Of a DNA stretch of 41,561 nucleotides, positions 1 to 8,100 are shown piece after piece. Below the pieces are notes generated by a model. That model worked only from the letters and a program-made list of their open reading frames with translations. It was not told where the DNA came from and did not search any database. This DNA comes from an uncultured Candidatus Saccharibacteria bacterium (GTDB lineage Bacteria > Patescibacteriota > JAQUNI01), in NCBI GenBank assembly GCA_964555185.1, contig CAZKRD010000002.1, positions 201,707 through 243,267 on the forward strand, read 5' to 3'. The position numbers and the translations under genes were made by a program. Every line of letters starts with the position of its first letter. Position 1 is the stretch's first letter.

Positions 1-635
1 TGGGTATTGATCACGGAAAGACCGCCATTTGCGCTGACATACAAAAGGTTGTTGGTTTCATCTAAAAAAGCATGGAGAGGAGAATTACCCGCGATCGCGG
101 GTGAGGAAGAGGTTGTGTAGGTTGTAACCAGGGTATCGTCAGCCGTTGGAATTGTGCCTTGGGTATTGATTACTGCTAGGCCGTATCCACTTGTACTAAT
201 ATACAAAAAATTATTGGTTTCATCCAGGAAGGTATGTTGAATGCCGTTGCTAGTTGAGTGCGCAAGCGCGGGTATTGAACCGTTCGTGTAATTAAACACT
301 TGAGATAAGGTAACTGAACCAGGAGCTGTGTTTTGAACCGAGAGGTCATGGCCCTGCGAGGCGCCCAGGTCAAAATCAGCCTTGAGCGTATCGGTGTCCG
401 TGAGTAAGTTTGCGGAAAGCTTTAGGTCACCAGATGAGATATTGTAATCAGTATTGGAAACTGTTCCTGCTGTAAAATCAGCTTGACTGGTTAAAGACCA
501 AGAAGAAGGAACGGCCTGGGCTTTTACGGCTTGAGGTTTCAAGGCAGTTAAAAAAATACCAGCTGCTAGTTGGAAGATTAAAAACAATCTCAAAATTAAC
601 AGAAACATTTTAATTTGAGATTTTTTTGTTTTCAT
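1..635 (-). CDS. Secreted/surface repeat protein (probable beta-propeller), 3' end beyond window
   Basis: Missing from the ORF track. ATG at 635, open to base 1: MKTKKSQIKMFLLILRLFLIFQLAAGIFLTALKPQAVKAQ (signal peptide), then a Ser/Thr-rich body with a 54-aa repeat (HTFLDETNNFLYISTSGYGLAVINT / HAFLDETNNLLYVSANGGLSVINT). Confidence 0.85.
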   Translation of the reverse strand, partial: MKTKKSQIKMFLLILRLFLIFQLAAGIFLTALKPQAVKAQAVPSSWSLTSQADFTAGTVSNTDYNISSGDLKLSANLLTDTDTLKADFDLGASQGHDLSVQNTAPGSVTLSQVFNYTNGSIPALAHSTSNGIQHTFLDETNNFLYISTSGYGLAVINTQGTIPTADDTLVTTYTTSSSPAIAGNSPLHAFLDETNNLLYVSANGGLSVINT

Positions 636-741
636 TTCTTTCGGATTTTTTTTAAAAAAGGAAAGTTATTTATTTTTATACTAAAATCCTTGCCTATGAC
701 CTTAAGGCAAGTTTCCAGCTAGTGATTGCTTCTCTATATAT

Positions 742-770
742 ATTATATAATCCTAAAGTCTATTTTACAA
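742..770 (-). promoter_or_regulatory. sigma70-like promoter for the surface protein
   Basis: TTGTAA-17nt-TATAAT on the minus strand, ~100 nt upstream of ATG 635. Confidence 0.55.
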
Positions 771-893
771 TTCAAGTTGTCCACAGGTAGATTTATCGAC
801 TTTTTAATTAAGAAAAACTGCTTGTTTCTTGAGAAAATGGGACCAACTTTGTTTTTCGTTTTTTCGTGGGAAATAGAGTCGATTTCTATTTCT

Positions 894-1517
894 CTAATTT
901 TTCACAGCAATCGCTTCAATAAAATTAGATCTATAATCGGCATAAACAGATGATGACTTTTGAATATTTGTGATTTTAAATTTTTTAAGCTTGTTTTTCA
1001 TGTATTCTTCTGAAAAAAAGTGTCTCGTATGACTCTCTTTTTTATACTTGTACATATCCTTACCTGTCTTTTCTCCTATGCCGTAGAGCGGGTCGTCTAT
1101 AGACTTGCATTTTACAAAAACATATCCGCCTTTTTTGAGGATTGCAAATATTTTGTTGAAAATTTTAGTAGTTGTCTGGTCATCAAAATAATGCAGGCTT
1201 AGATGGGCATAAATTATATCAAAGGATTCATTTTTCAAATCAAGATTTCCAATGTCTTGCTGGATATATTTTATATTAGGATGCAGAACCTTAAATCTAT
1301 CAAGAGCTGTTTTAGAACAATCTAGGGCAGTAACCCGGAATCCTTTCTTGGCAAAATAAAGAGAATCGGCCCCTAAACCACACCCCAAGTCCAATAATTT
1401 TTTGAAGCCCTTGTTTTTTATTAAGTCATAGCACTTCCGGGCAAAATCATTGACTGGCATTTTAGGTTTTCCTTGCCATTTTTTGTCCCAATATGTTTTT
1501 GCTGCTTTGATTTTCAT
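894..1517 (-). CDS. Class I SAM-dependent methyltransferase
   Basis: Motif I LLDLGCGLG, VTALDCS, FDIIYAHLSLHYF, LKKGG. Confidence 0.9.
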   Translation of the reverse strand: MKIKAAKTYWDKKWQGKPKMPVNDFARKCYDLIKNKGFKKLLDLGCGLGADSLYFAKKGFRVTALDCSKTALDRFKVLHPNIKYIQQDIGNLDLKNESFDIIYAHLSLHYFDDQTTTKIFNKIFAILKKGGYVFVKCKSIDDPLYGIGEKTGKDMYKYKKESHTRHFFSEEYMKNKLKKFKITNIQKSSSVYADYRSNFIEAIAVKN

Positions 1518-1954
1518 CTGGATTGATTATGCTGAATCTTAGGTAAGTCGTAAAAAGGCTTCAATTCATAAATAACTGGTGTAGCGAGATTTAAGTGTTT
1601 TAGTTGGTTAATCTTTACCCATTTGTAATCACAATGTTCGCTATTCAATTTAATGCTGTTTGTGTTTATTTTACACCGATAAGGATGGACAAGCCACTTT
1701 TGCCCTTTTTCTTTGTAGGCGTAAGGTTTTTTGCTTTCTACCGTCTCAAGATTTGATAACCCCGTTTCTTCTAGGAGTTCTCTTGCAAAACCGTCTTTGG
1801 GATTTTCATTATCTTTAAGTTTTCCGGAAATAATATCCCATTTTCCCGGATACCATTTTTTATGAAGAGCCCTTTTTAGGAGTAAGATTTGCCCTTTATG
1901 ATTTGTTATGACTATTGAAACAGTTTTTTTATCATAATTCGGAATATTGTTCAT
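1514..1954 (-). CDS. NUDIX hydrolase
   Basis: Nudix box GKLKDNENPKDGFARELLEETGL; ILLLKR; EH.DYKWV; ATGA overlap with the methyltransferase. Confidence 0.9.
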   Translation of the reverse strand: MNNIPNYDKKTVSIVITNHKGQILLLKRALHKKWYPGKWDIISGKLKDNENPKDGFARELLEETGLSNLETVESKKPYAYKEKGQKWLVHPYRCKINTNSIKLNSEHCDYKWVKINQLKHLNLATPVIYELKPFYDLPKIQHNQSR

Positions 1955-1957
1955 ATT

Positions 1958-2428
1958 TTATTTAATAACAATAGACCAATTACCACTTGCACTTATATCA
2001 AGTATATAATTACCATCCCTTTCTACCTTCGCAGCTTTGGAGCCGTCGAAATTTCCTACATCATTCGCAAGCAATTCTATATAGTTACCATCACTATCTA
2101 ATAATCTCACTCCAAAATGACCACTTCCGGAATGTTTCATTTCAAAAACATGCAATCCCTTCTCGAGCGAAAATAACTCCGTTGCTTCCTGACCAATACC
2201 AGAAAATTCTCTTATAGGCTCTGCTACTTTTTCAACTTCTTTAATTATCTCTTTCACTTCAGTCTTGGGACATTCTTTTCCTGCTTCTTTTATAACTTCT
2301 TTCACCTCGGCTTTCTTTTCACCATTTGCACCAATACTAATCCCAATAACAAAGACAATAACAAATCCGACAGCTATCAATGTCTTTATTCCTTTAGGTT
2401 TCGGTTTCTCCGTTTGTATAGTTTGCAT
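1958..2428 (-). CDS. Membrane-anchored hypothetical protein with C-terminal beta-sandwich-like domain
   Basis: Likely start at ATG 2428 (MQTIQ...). One TM segment, a KEVIKE-rich linker and a beta-rich C-terminus (FSGIGQ...YILDISASGNWSIVIK). Confidence 0.75.
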   Translation of the reverse strand: MQTIQTEKPKPKGIKTLIAVGFVIVFVIGISIGANGEKKAEVKEVIKEAGKECPKTEVKEIIKEVEKVAEPIREFSGIGQEATELFSLEKGLHVFEMKHSGSGHFGVRLLDSDGNYIELLANDVGNFDGSKAAKVERDGNYILDISASGNWSIVIK

Positions 2429-2559
2429 ATTGCTTATTTTATTATTTTTGCCAGACCACTTTCTTACCAATAGCGCAAGACCCCGACAAGGGTTCGAACC
2501 GTATTTTTTGGCTTATTTATCGCCTTTATCGCTAAAAAGCGATATTTCATCCCTGAGTG

Positions 2560-2630
2560 CTGCCGGGGAAGGATTCGAACCTTCACACCAGGATCCAGAA
2601 TCCTGGGTCCTACCATTAGACGACCCGGCA
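2560..2630 (-). tRNA. tRNA-Gln (CTG), CCA not encoded
   Basis: TGCCGGG/CCCGGCA acceptor stem, anticodon arm CCAGGA-TTCTGGA-TCCTGG (outermost pair aside), T-arm GAAGG-TTCGAAT-CCTTC. Confidence 0.95.
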
Positions 2631-2721
2631 TTATTTATGAATTTTGAAATAACACACTCTCGTGTGTCATTCCGTGTTCAACTAGGTAAGTCGTGGTTAA
2701 TTTGATGCTGCTTGCTGGCTG

Positions 2722-2768
2722 GGAGATTGCCATGTTATTCGACTATGGCTCGCTTTTCGCAATAACAA
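2722..2768. repeat. Degenerate REP-like element (GAGATTGC...TCGCAATAACA)
   Basis: Shares both ends with the copy at 4495-4554. Confidence 0.5.
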
Positions 2769-2779
2769 AGAGAGATGGT

Positions 2780-3697
2780 TTATTTGTCCAGATACTTCCC
2801 AATCGCGATGAGGCTTGAGATTACGCCCAGGAGAACGCCGATTAGGATCTGAATACCAATTATCTGCAGGATATGGGTATTTAAGTATTGGGCTAGGTTT
2901 AAGCCATAGCCGTAGAAGTAGGCTTCAATCTTGGGTGAGACCATTTTGCTTGCAGGAAAGAGAATGCCCAAAGAAATCGCCGAAGCGACCAGGCCGTAGA
3001 GGATTCCTTCAATGATCATTGGCCAGCGCACATACCAATTAGTGGCGCCGACTAATTTCATGATTTCGATTTCTTTGCTGCGCGAATAGATCGTTAAACG
3101 GATCGTATTGAACATAACTAAGATTGCGATCGCGGCAAAAATGACACTAATAATTATTCCTGCTTTCCCTAAGGAATTGGCGGTTGCGGTAATCCGGTCA
3201 ATCATCAGTTGATTATCTTTGTAATTGACTTTGCGAATGAATTGAGCATAATGTTCTTCTTCTAACTTGTCTACAATTCCCGGATAGTCTTCTGGTTGGC
3301 TGGCTTTGATCACCAAAACAGGTTCTAGAGGGTTTGTTTCAAATTCTTTTAAAATATCCGAGATCATTTTATCGTTCTGATGTCTTTGACGGAAATTTTT
3401 TAAGGCCTGTTCTTTTGATATATACTCTACATTGGCAATGCTACTGATTTCTTCAATGGAAGTTTTCAGAGAGAGGGTTTCTTCCTCCGTGACTACATCT
3501 TTGAGATAGATAGTAACGTCAATTTTTTGTTCGATGTTTTTAATTGTTGCATTGCCGAGCAAGTTTAAAAAGACCAAGATACTAAAAGAAAACAGGGTTA
3601 AGACCATAACCAAAGTGGTGGCTGCCGAGAGCCAGATGTTGCGCCAGAAATTGGTAAGTCCCATTTTCAAGATGCGTGGGACGGAGAAGATAGGCAT
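2780..3697 (-). CDS. ftsX: Cell division ABC permease FtsX
   Basis: 4-TM layout; NTIRLTIYSRSKEIEIMKLVGAT.WYVRWP..IEG; next to ftsE. Confidence 0.95.
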   Translation of the reverse strand: MPIFSVPRILKMGLTNFWRNIWLSAATTLVMVLTLFSFSILVFLNLLGNATIKNIEQKIDVTIYLKDVVTEEETLSLKTSIEEISSIANVEYISKEQALKNFRQRHQNDKMISDILKEFETNPLEPVLVIKASQPEDYPGIVDKLEEEHYAQFIRKVNYKDNQLMIDRITATANSLGKAGIIISVIFAAIAILVMFNTIRLTIYSRSKEIEIMKLVGATNWYVRWPMIIEGILYGLVASAISLGILFPASKMVSPKIEAYFYGYGLNLAQYLNTHILQIIGIQILIGVLLGVISSLIAIGKYLDK

Positions 3698-3704
3698 GAT
3701 AGTA

Positions 3705-3780
3705 AGTGTAAAATTAAAAGTGCAAAGTTAAAAGTTGAAGATATAAAATTGCTTTTCGTTTTTCGCTTGACACTTTTAGC
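3705..3780. repeat. 7-nt periodic quasi-palindromic intergenic element
   Basis: AGTGTAA AATTAAA AGTGCAA AGTTAAA AGTTGAA, followed by T-rich heptads TTTTCGT TTTTCGC TTGACAC TTTTAGC. Confidence 0.6.
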
Positions 3781-4461
3781 TTAGATAACGTATCTTCCAT
3801 GTTCTTGGTCGCGGATCATCGCTCCTTTTTCCAGGGTAACCACTCTTTTATTGAGTGCGTTGACTACTTCCTTGTCATGACTTGCGAGGACGACGGTTGT
3901 TCCTAATTCGTTTATCTTGAGCAAAAGTCTAATAATATCCCAAGTAGCAAAGATGTCTAAGTTGCCTGTGGGTTCGTCAGCGATTAAAAGTTTGGGCTCA
4001 TGAATCAGGGCGCGGGCAATCGCAATTCTCTGTTGTTCGCCGCCGGATAGCTGAATCGGGAAGTTGTCGCTTTTGTTGGCCAAACCAACAATCTTCAGCA
4101 TTTGAGGGACAGATTCGGCAATCTCTGCTTTTTTCGCGCCGGAAACTTCCATCGCAAAAGCAAGATTTTCGTAAGCCGTCTTTTTCGGAAGGAGACGATA
4201 GTTTTGAAAAACAACGCCGATCTCGCGGCGAAAAGCGGGGATTCGACGTTTTTTAAGCTTATTCACGCACCACTCGTCAATGATCACTTCGCCTTCAGTG
4301 GGTTTTTCTTCACCAATTAATAGTCTGACCATTGTGGATTTTCCCGCGCCGGAAGCGCCGACTACGGAAACAAACTCTCCTTTTTTCATAAGAAGATTGA
4401 TGTGGTCCAGGGCGGTGGTTTTCTTATTATAAATTTTGGTAACGTTTTTTAACTCAATCAT
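3781..4461 (-). CDS. ftsE: Cell division ATP-binding protein FtsE
   Basis: GASGAGKS, IGVVFQ, LSGGEQQR, LIADEPTGNLD; upstream of ftsX. Confidence 0.95.
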   Translation of the reverse strand: MIELKNVTKIYNKKTTALDHINLLMKKGEFVSVVGASGAGKSTMVRLLIGEEKPTEGEVIIDEWCVNKLKKRRIPAFRREIGVVFQNYRLLPKKTAYENLAFAMEVSGAKKAEIAESVPQMLKIVGLANKSDNFPIQLSGGEQQRIAIARALIHEPKLLIADEPTGNLDIFATWDIIRLLLKINELGTTVVLASHDKEVVNALNKRVVTLEKGAMIRDQEHGRYVI

Positions 4462-4494
4462 TAAATTCTAGTAAAGCGACAATAGCTATGCCAA

Positions 4495-4554
4495 GGAGAT
4501 TGCTTTGTCCCCCGCAGTTTTTTTCCAAAAGGTACGGGCTCCTCGCAATGACAA
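4495..4554. repeat. REP-like element (GGAGATTGCTT...CTCCTCGCAATGACA)
   Basis: Intergenic between prfB and ftsE; related copy at 2722-2768. Confidence 0.6.
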
Positions 4555-4597
4555 TAGTGAGTGTCATTTTATAATGTGATTTACAAAAAAGCTGTTA

Positions 4598-5687
4598 TTA
4601 TGAATTATTTTTTAGGGCTTTTTGAATTAATTCATCGATTTCACCATCTAGGACTTTTTCAACTTGCTTTAACTTTAGTCCGGTGCGGTGATCTTTGACC
4701 ATTTTATAGGGGTGTAAAACATAAGATCGGATCTGATTCCCCCACTCGGCTGAAATATGCTTGCCGCGCGCTTCCAGTTTTTCTTTTTCTTTTTGTTCTT
4801 GATTTAATTTTTCAAGTTTAGCTCTTAAAATTTTTAGAGCGCTTTCTTTGTTTTGGTTTTGAGAACGTTCATTTTGGCACTGGACAGTAATTCCAGTCGG
4901 CAGGTGTTTGATTCTTATTGCGGAACTGACTTTGTTCACTGATTGCCCGCCAGCGCCCTTGGCGCGGAAGGCTTCTATTTTCAAGTCTTGATCTTGAATC
5001 GCAATATCTTGCGGCAGTATTTCAGGCAATACCTCAACCAGTGCAAATGAGGTGTGGCGGGCTTTGTCGGCGTCAAAAGGTGAAAGACGAACTAGACGAT
5101 GAACCCCGGCTTCGTTTTTTAGATAACCGTAAGCGCAGTAGCCGGTAATTTCCAAGGTTGTGCTTTTAATCCCCGCTTCGCCTCCGCGGGACTGGTCCAA
5201 AATTCTTGCTTTCCATTTTTTTCGTTCACAGTAGCGAAGATACATTCGGAGCAGAATCTCGGCCCAGTCTTGGGCGTCCACTCCTCCGGCGCCAGCATAG
5301 ATCGAAAGGATTGCGGGTCCTTGATCGTATTTGCCAGAGAGCAGGGTTGCAAGGCGCAGGCTCTCTTGCAGCTTTTTTGCCTTTTTATATCTAATTTTAA
5401 TCTCTTTTTCTAATTGGGGGTTTTCTTCTTCGGCGAGTAATTCTGAAATGGTTTCCAATTTTTCGATTTCGTTGTCTAAATTATCCCACCTTTTTACCCT
5501 CTCTTTAATGGTTGTTAATTCTTCTATTGTTTTCCGGGCCTTATCTTTTTTATGCCAGAAGCCCTGATCGGTCATTTCTTTTTCTAGTTTTTCAATTCTT
5601 GCCTTTAATTTTTTGATTTCAAAGGCGGTCCGCAATCTCGCGGCTTTTATTTTTCAAGATCTGCAGTTTTTGGTCAAGGTTTTCCAT
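4598..5687 (-). CDS. prfB: Peptide chain release factor 2 with programmed +1 frameshift
   Basis: SPF and GGQ motifs. True start at ATG 5687 gives MENLDQKLQILKNKSREIADRL, then CTT TGA A at 5624-5618; a +1 shift joins EIKKLKAR of the long ORF. Confidence 0.95.
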
Positions 5688-5698
5688 AGCACAGAGTA

Positions 5699-5727
5699 AT
5701 TATAGCAAAGTTAGCAAAGATTGTCAG
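5699..5727 (-). promoter_or_regulatory. prfB promoter (near-leaderless transcript predicted)
   Basis: CTGACA-17nt-TATAAT with extended -10 TG; only 11 nt between the -10 box and the ATG. Confidence 0.6.
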
Positions 5728-5792
5728 TCAAGTTCAACAAATCTTTTTATTATTTTATTGATATCATCCCTTACTCGGGTAATGATTTCTTC

Positions 5793-6377
5793 TCAGTTTA
5801 TAATGTAAAGATTTTTTTCTTTTTTGGCAAGCTGTAAATATTTTTTTCTCACCTTGGCTAGAGCTTCTTTTTTCTCAAAAAGCTCTACTGTTGGTCGCAT
5901 TTTGCGCATTCTTTTGATTGCGGTTTCTGCCGTGACATCAATTAAAAAAGTTAGATCGGGCTTCAAAAAGTTCTCGTTTATTTTATAAAGCCATTTTTGT
6001 TCTAAATCAATCGAGCCGTAAGCAATGCTGGAAAGATAATAGCGATCCGAGATGATAATCGCGCATTGGTCAAGCGCTGGCTCAATCTTTTCTTTGAGGT
6101 GATGGGCGCGGTCAGCGGCGAACAAAAGCTGAAGTCCGGCCGGACTGATTTTCCAATCTCCAGCAAGACAGCCTCGAATCAGGCCGCCGATAATATTATC
6201 GGTTGGTTCTCGAGTTAAGACAATCCTTTGTTTGATTTCATTGCGCAAATAAGAAGTTAGGAGTTCAACTTGGGTAGTCGTACCCGCTCCATCCAGGCCT
6301 TCAAAGACAATCAATAAAGGTTTTTTGGTCTTGGGTATTTTTTGTTGTTTTCTAAATGACATTAAAGGGGCTTTCAA
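5793..6377 (-). CDS. tmk: Thymidylate kinase (C-terminal helix cut off by an in-frame TGA)
   Basis: P-loop FEGLDGAGTTTQ, TREP, LLFAADRAHH, SDRY, PDLTF. Confidence 0.93.
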   Translation of the reverse strand: MKAPLMSFRKQQKIPKTKKPLLIVFEGLDGAGTTTQVELLTSYLRNEIKQRIVLTREPTDNIIGGLIRGCLAGDWKISPAGLQLLFAADRAHHLKEKIEPALDQCAIIISDRYYLSSIAYGSIDLEQKWLYKINENFLKPDLTFLIDVTAETAIKRMRKMRPTVELFEKKEALAKVRKKYLQLAKKEKNLYIIN

Positions 6378-6622
6378 AGTAGTCCTTCGTAAGCCGAAGT
6401 TAGGGTTTTGAGCATAATCGGAATTGCGATCAAGAGTCCAATTAGAGGCAAGACAATCATCGCTACTTGAATGATTGTGTTCCAGAGAATATATTTTCGG
6501 GTTTTTTCAGCAGCCTCCGCCGCCCTTCGACTGTACTCCAAAATCTGGTTCATTTTATCAGGAGAAGCAGAATCACTTTTTTCTATTTCTTTTTTTATTT
6601 CTTCACCTAAGATTGTGGGCAT
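6374..6622 (-). CDS. Small single-pass membrane protein
   Basis: 82 aa, charged N-terminus plus hydrophobic stretch; 4-nt overlap with tmk. Confidence 0.75.
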   Translation of the reverse strand: MPTILGEEIKKEIEKSDSASPDKMNQILEYSRRAAEAAEKTRKYILWNTIIQVAMIVLPLIGLLIAIPIMLKTLTSAYEGLL

Positions 6623-6660
6623 AGTTTAAATAACTAATAATCAAATAACAAGATATAAAG

Positions 6661-6730
6661 AATAACCAATAACCAAGAAACAAGATACAAACAAATTTCA
6701 ATAACCAATAATCAAACGGTTTGGTTATTG
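6661..6730 (+). repeat. Left arm of 70-bp inverted repeat (AATAACC heptads)
   Basis: 61/70 ungapped identity to the reverse complement of 8031-8100 (hand count). Confidence 0.9.
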
Positions 6731-8014
6731 TCAAAATAAACTTTCTTGCTTTTTCTTTTTTACTTTTGGGGTTTTTACTTTCACTTTTCCATAAACACCA
6801 TCATAGCCAGGCTTGATTTCTACCCGGCCTTCCCGGGCGTTAATGATTGCTTGGGCGATTTCTGGGGTGGTGGTTTGAATCAAATCCGCGCCAGAAACAT
6901 TAAGCAGGATTTCGAATTCGTTTTGATGAGCGCGGATTAGTTCAAAATATTTTTGATCAACACTCTTCGTTCCTACGCCTACTCCAATCGCGTTTGAAAT
7001 AATTTCTTCCAAAGGAATCAGGTTTTTAAAAGGGATTCGATTTTTGGGCTTAAAGCCCGCTGGCCGATCAGCCAGATCGTCAATCCGGTGCAAAACGCCA
7101 ATCGTCAATGCGCGGCCGCAGACAGGGCAGAGATCATTTTTGGCTTTGCTTTCTTTTGGCGGCAGACTGATCTCGCAAGCGCTGTGGCCATCCCAGTGGT
7201 ATTTGCCCTCTTGGGGGAAAAACTCCACGGTAAATAGAAGCCTATTTTTGTCTTTTGTTTTCAACACTTCCTTGATTACATTATAACTCATTTCGCAATT
7301 AAATGCATTAGCTTCGCGTCCGATTCGGCGCGGAGAATGAGAGTCAGAGTTAGAAATCAGAGTAATTTTATCCAAAGCAGAAAGACGCCAATTCATTGCC
7401 GGGTCCGAGCTCAAGCCCGTTTCAACGGCATAAATATATTGAGAGTAATCTTCATAACATTCTTCCAAGCGATCAAACCCGGAACGGGAGCCAAACAGAG
7501 AAAACCAGGGAGTCCAAATATGTCCCGGAACGATTATGCATTCTTCAGAGATTGCCATAATTCGTTTTACCAGATCCTTAGCATCTAAACCCAGGATCGG
7601 CCGGCCGTCTGATTTGAGATTGAATTCCCAAGCGAGGCTCGCGTTGATTTTTTCCACAATTTTCAAGGAAGGCGCGAAAACGAGATTATGGATCCGGTAA
7701 GTCTTACCGTGTTTTTTGTAGATTGAAGATAATTCCGTGGTCAGGATGAAACGTATAGGCTTTTGTTCAGAGATAATATGGGGAACATTTTCTATTTGAT
7801 TTTTGCGATATTCTTTTTTTAAAGTAAACAATCCAGGTTCTGCTGGCTCGAGCTTTTTTAATAATTCTGAAAACCACTGCGGGTGGGTAAAATCCCCTGT
7901 TGAAATAACTTTAATTCCCTTGATCTGGGCCCAAAAATTAAGGCACTCCAAATCCATCTGTTTGGAAGTAGCGCGGGAATATTTGGAATGGATGTGGAAG
8001 TCAGCTAAAAACAT
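6731..8014 (-). CDS. Endonuclease Q family / PHP-domain protein
   Basis: DFHIHSKYSRATS, TGDFTHP, HIWTPWFS, ETGLSSDP, SNSDSHS, GKYHWDGH, Zn-finger CPVCG, PGYDGVYG; no fused helicase. Confidence 0.9.
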   Translation of the reverse strand: MFLADFHIHSKYSRATSKQMDLECLNFWAQIKGIKVISTGDFTHPQWFSELLKKLEPAEPGLFTLKKEYRKNQIENVPHIISEQKPIRFILTTELSSIYKKHGKTYRIHNLVFAPSLKIVEKINASLAWEFNLKSDGRPILGLDAKDLVKRIMAISEECIIVPGHIWTPWFSLFGSRSGFDRLEECYEDYSQYIYAVETGLSSDPAMNWRLSALDKITLISNSDSHSPRRIGREANAFNCEMSYNVIKEVLKTKDKNRLLFTVEFFPQEGKYHWDGHSACEISLPPKESKAKNDLCPVCGRALTIGVLHRIDDLADRPAGFKPKNRIPFKNLIPLEEIISNAIGVGVGTKSVDQKYFELIRAHQNEFEILLNVSGADLIQTTTPEIAQAIINAREGRVEIKPGYDGVYGKVKVKTPKVKKKKQESLF

Positions 8015-8030
8015 AAATTAAATCAATAAT

Positions 8031-8100
8031 CAATCACCAAACCGTTTGATTATTGGTTATTGGTTATTATTTGCACCTTGTTTCTTGGTGATTGGTTATT
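8031..8100 (-). repeat. Right arm of 70-bp inverted repeat
   Basis: Reverse complement matches 6661-6730; overlaps the rarA stop codon. Confidence 0.9.

Noticed and set aside
88-101. Perfect 14-bp palindrome CCCGCGATCGCGGG
   Set aside because: Single copy within coding sequence (PAIAG); compatible with chance.
176-373. 65-aa minus-strand ORF
   Set aside because: An alternate frame inside the longer 1-635 gene.
680-730. c-di-GMP riboswitch
   Set aside because: Only scattered short matches; the required two-stem architecture is not visible.
778-786. DnaA box / oriC (TTGTCCACA)
   Set aside because: A single imperfect box, with no cluster and no dnaA nearby.
2265-2705. 146-aa plus-strand ORF
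   Set aside because: Antisense to tRNA-Gln and to a real membrane-protein gene.
5793-5795. Genome-wide UGA=Gly recoding (code 25)
   Set aside because: RF2 is encoded, and several genes end at TGA at natural termini (e.g. 6731, 24914, 31472, 36196).
6625-6730. CRISPR array
   Set aside because: These are short heptad repeats with no constant repeat/unique spacer pattern, and no cas genes are present.
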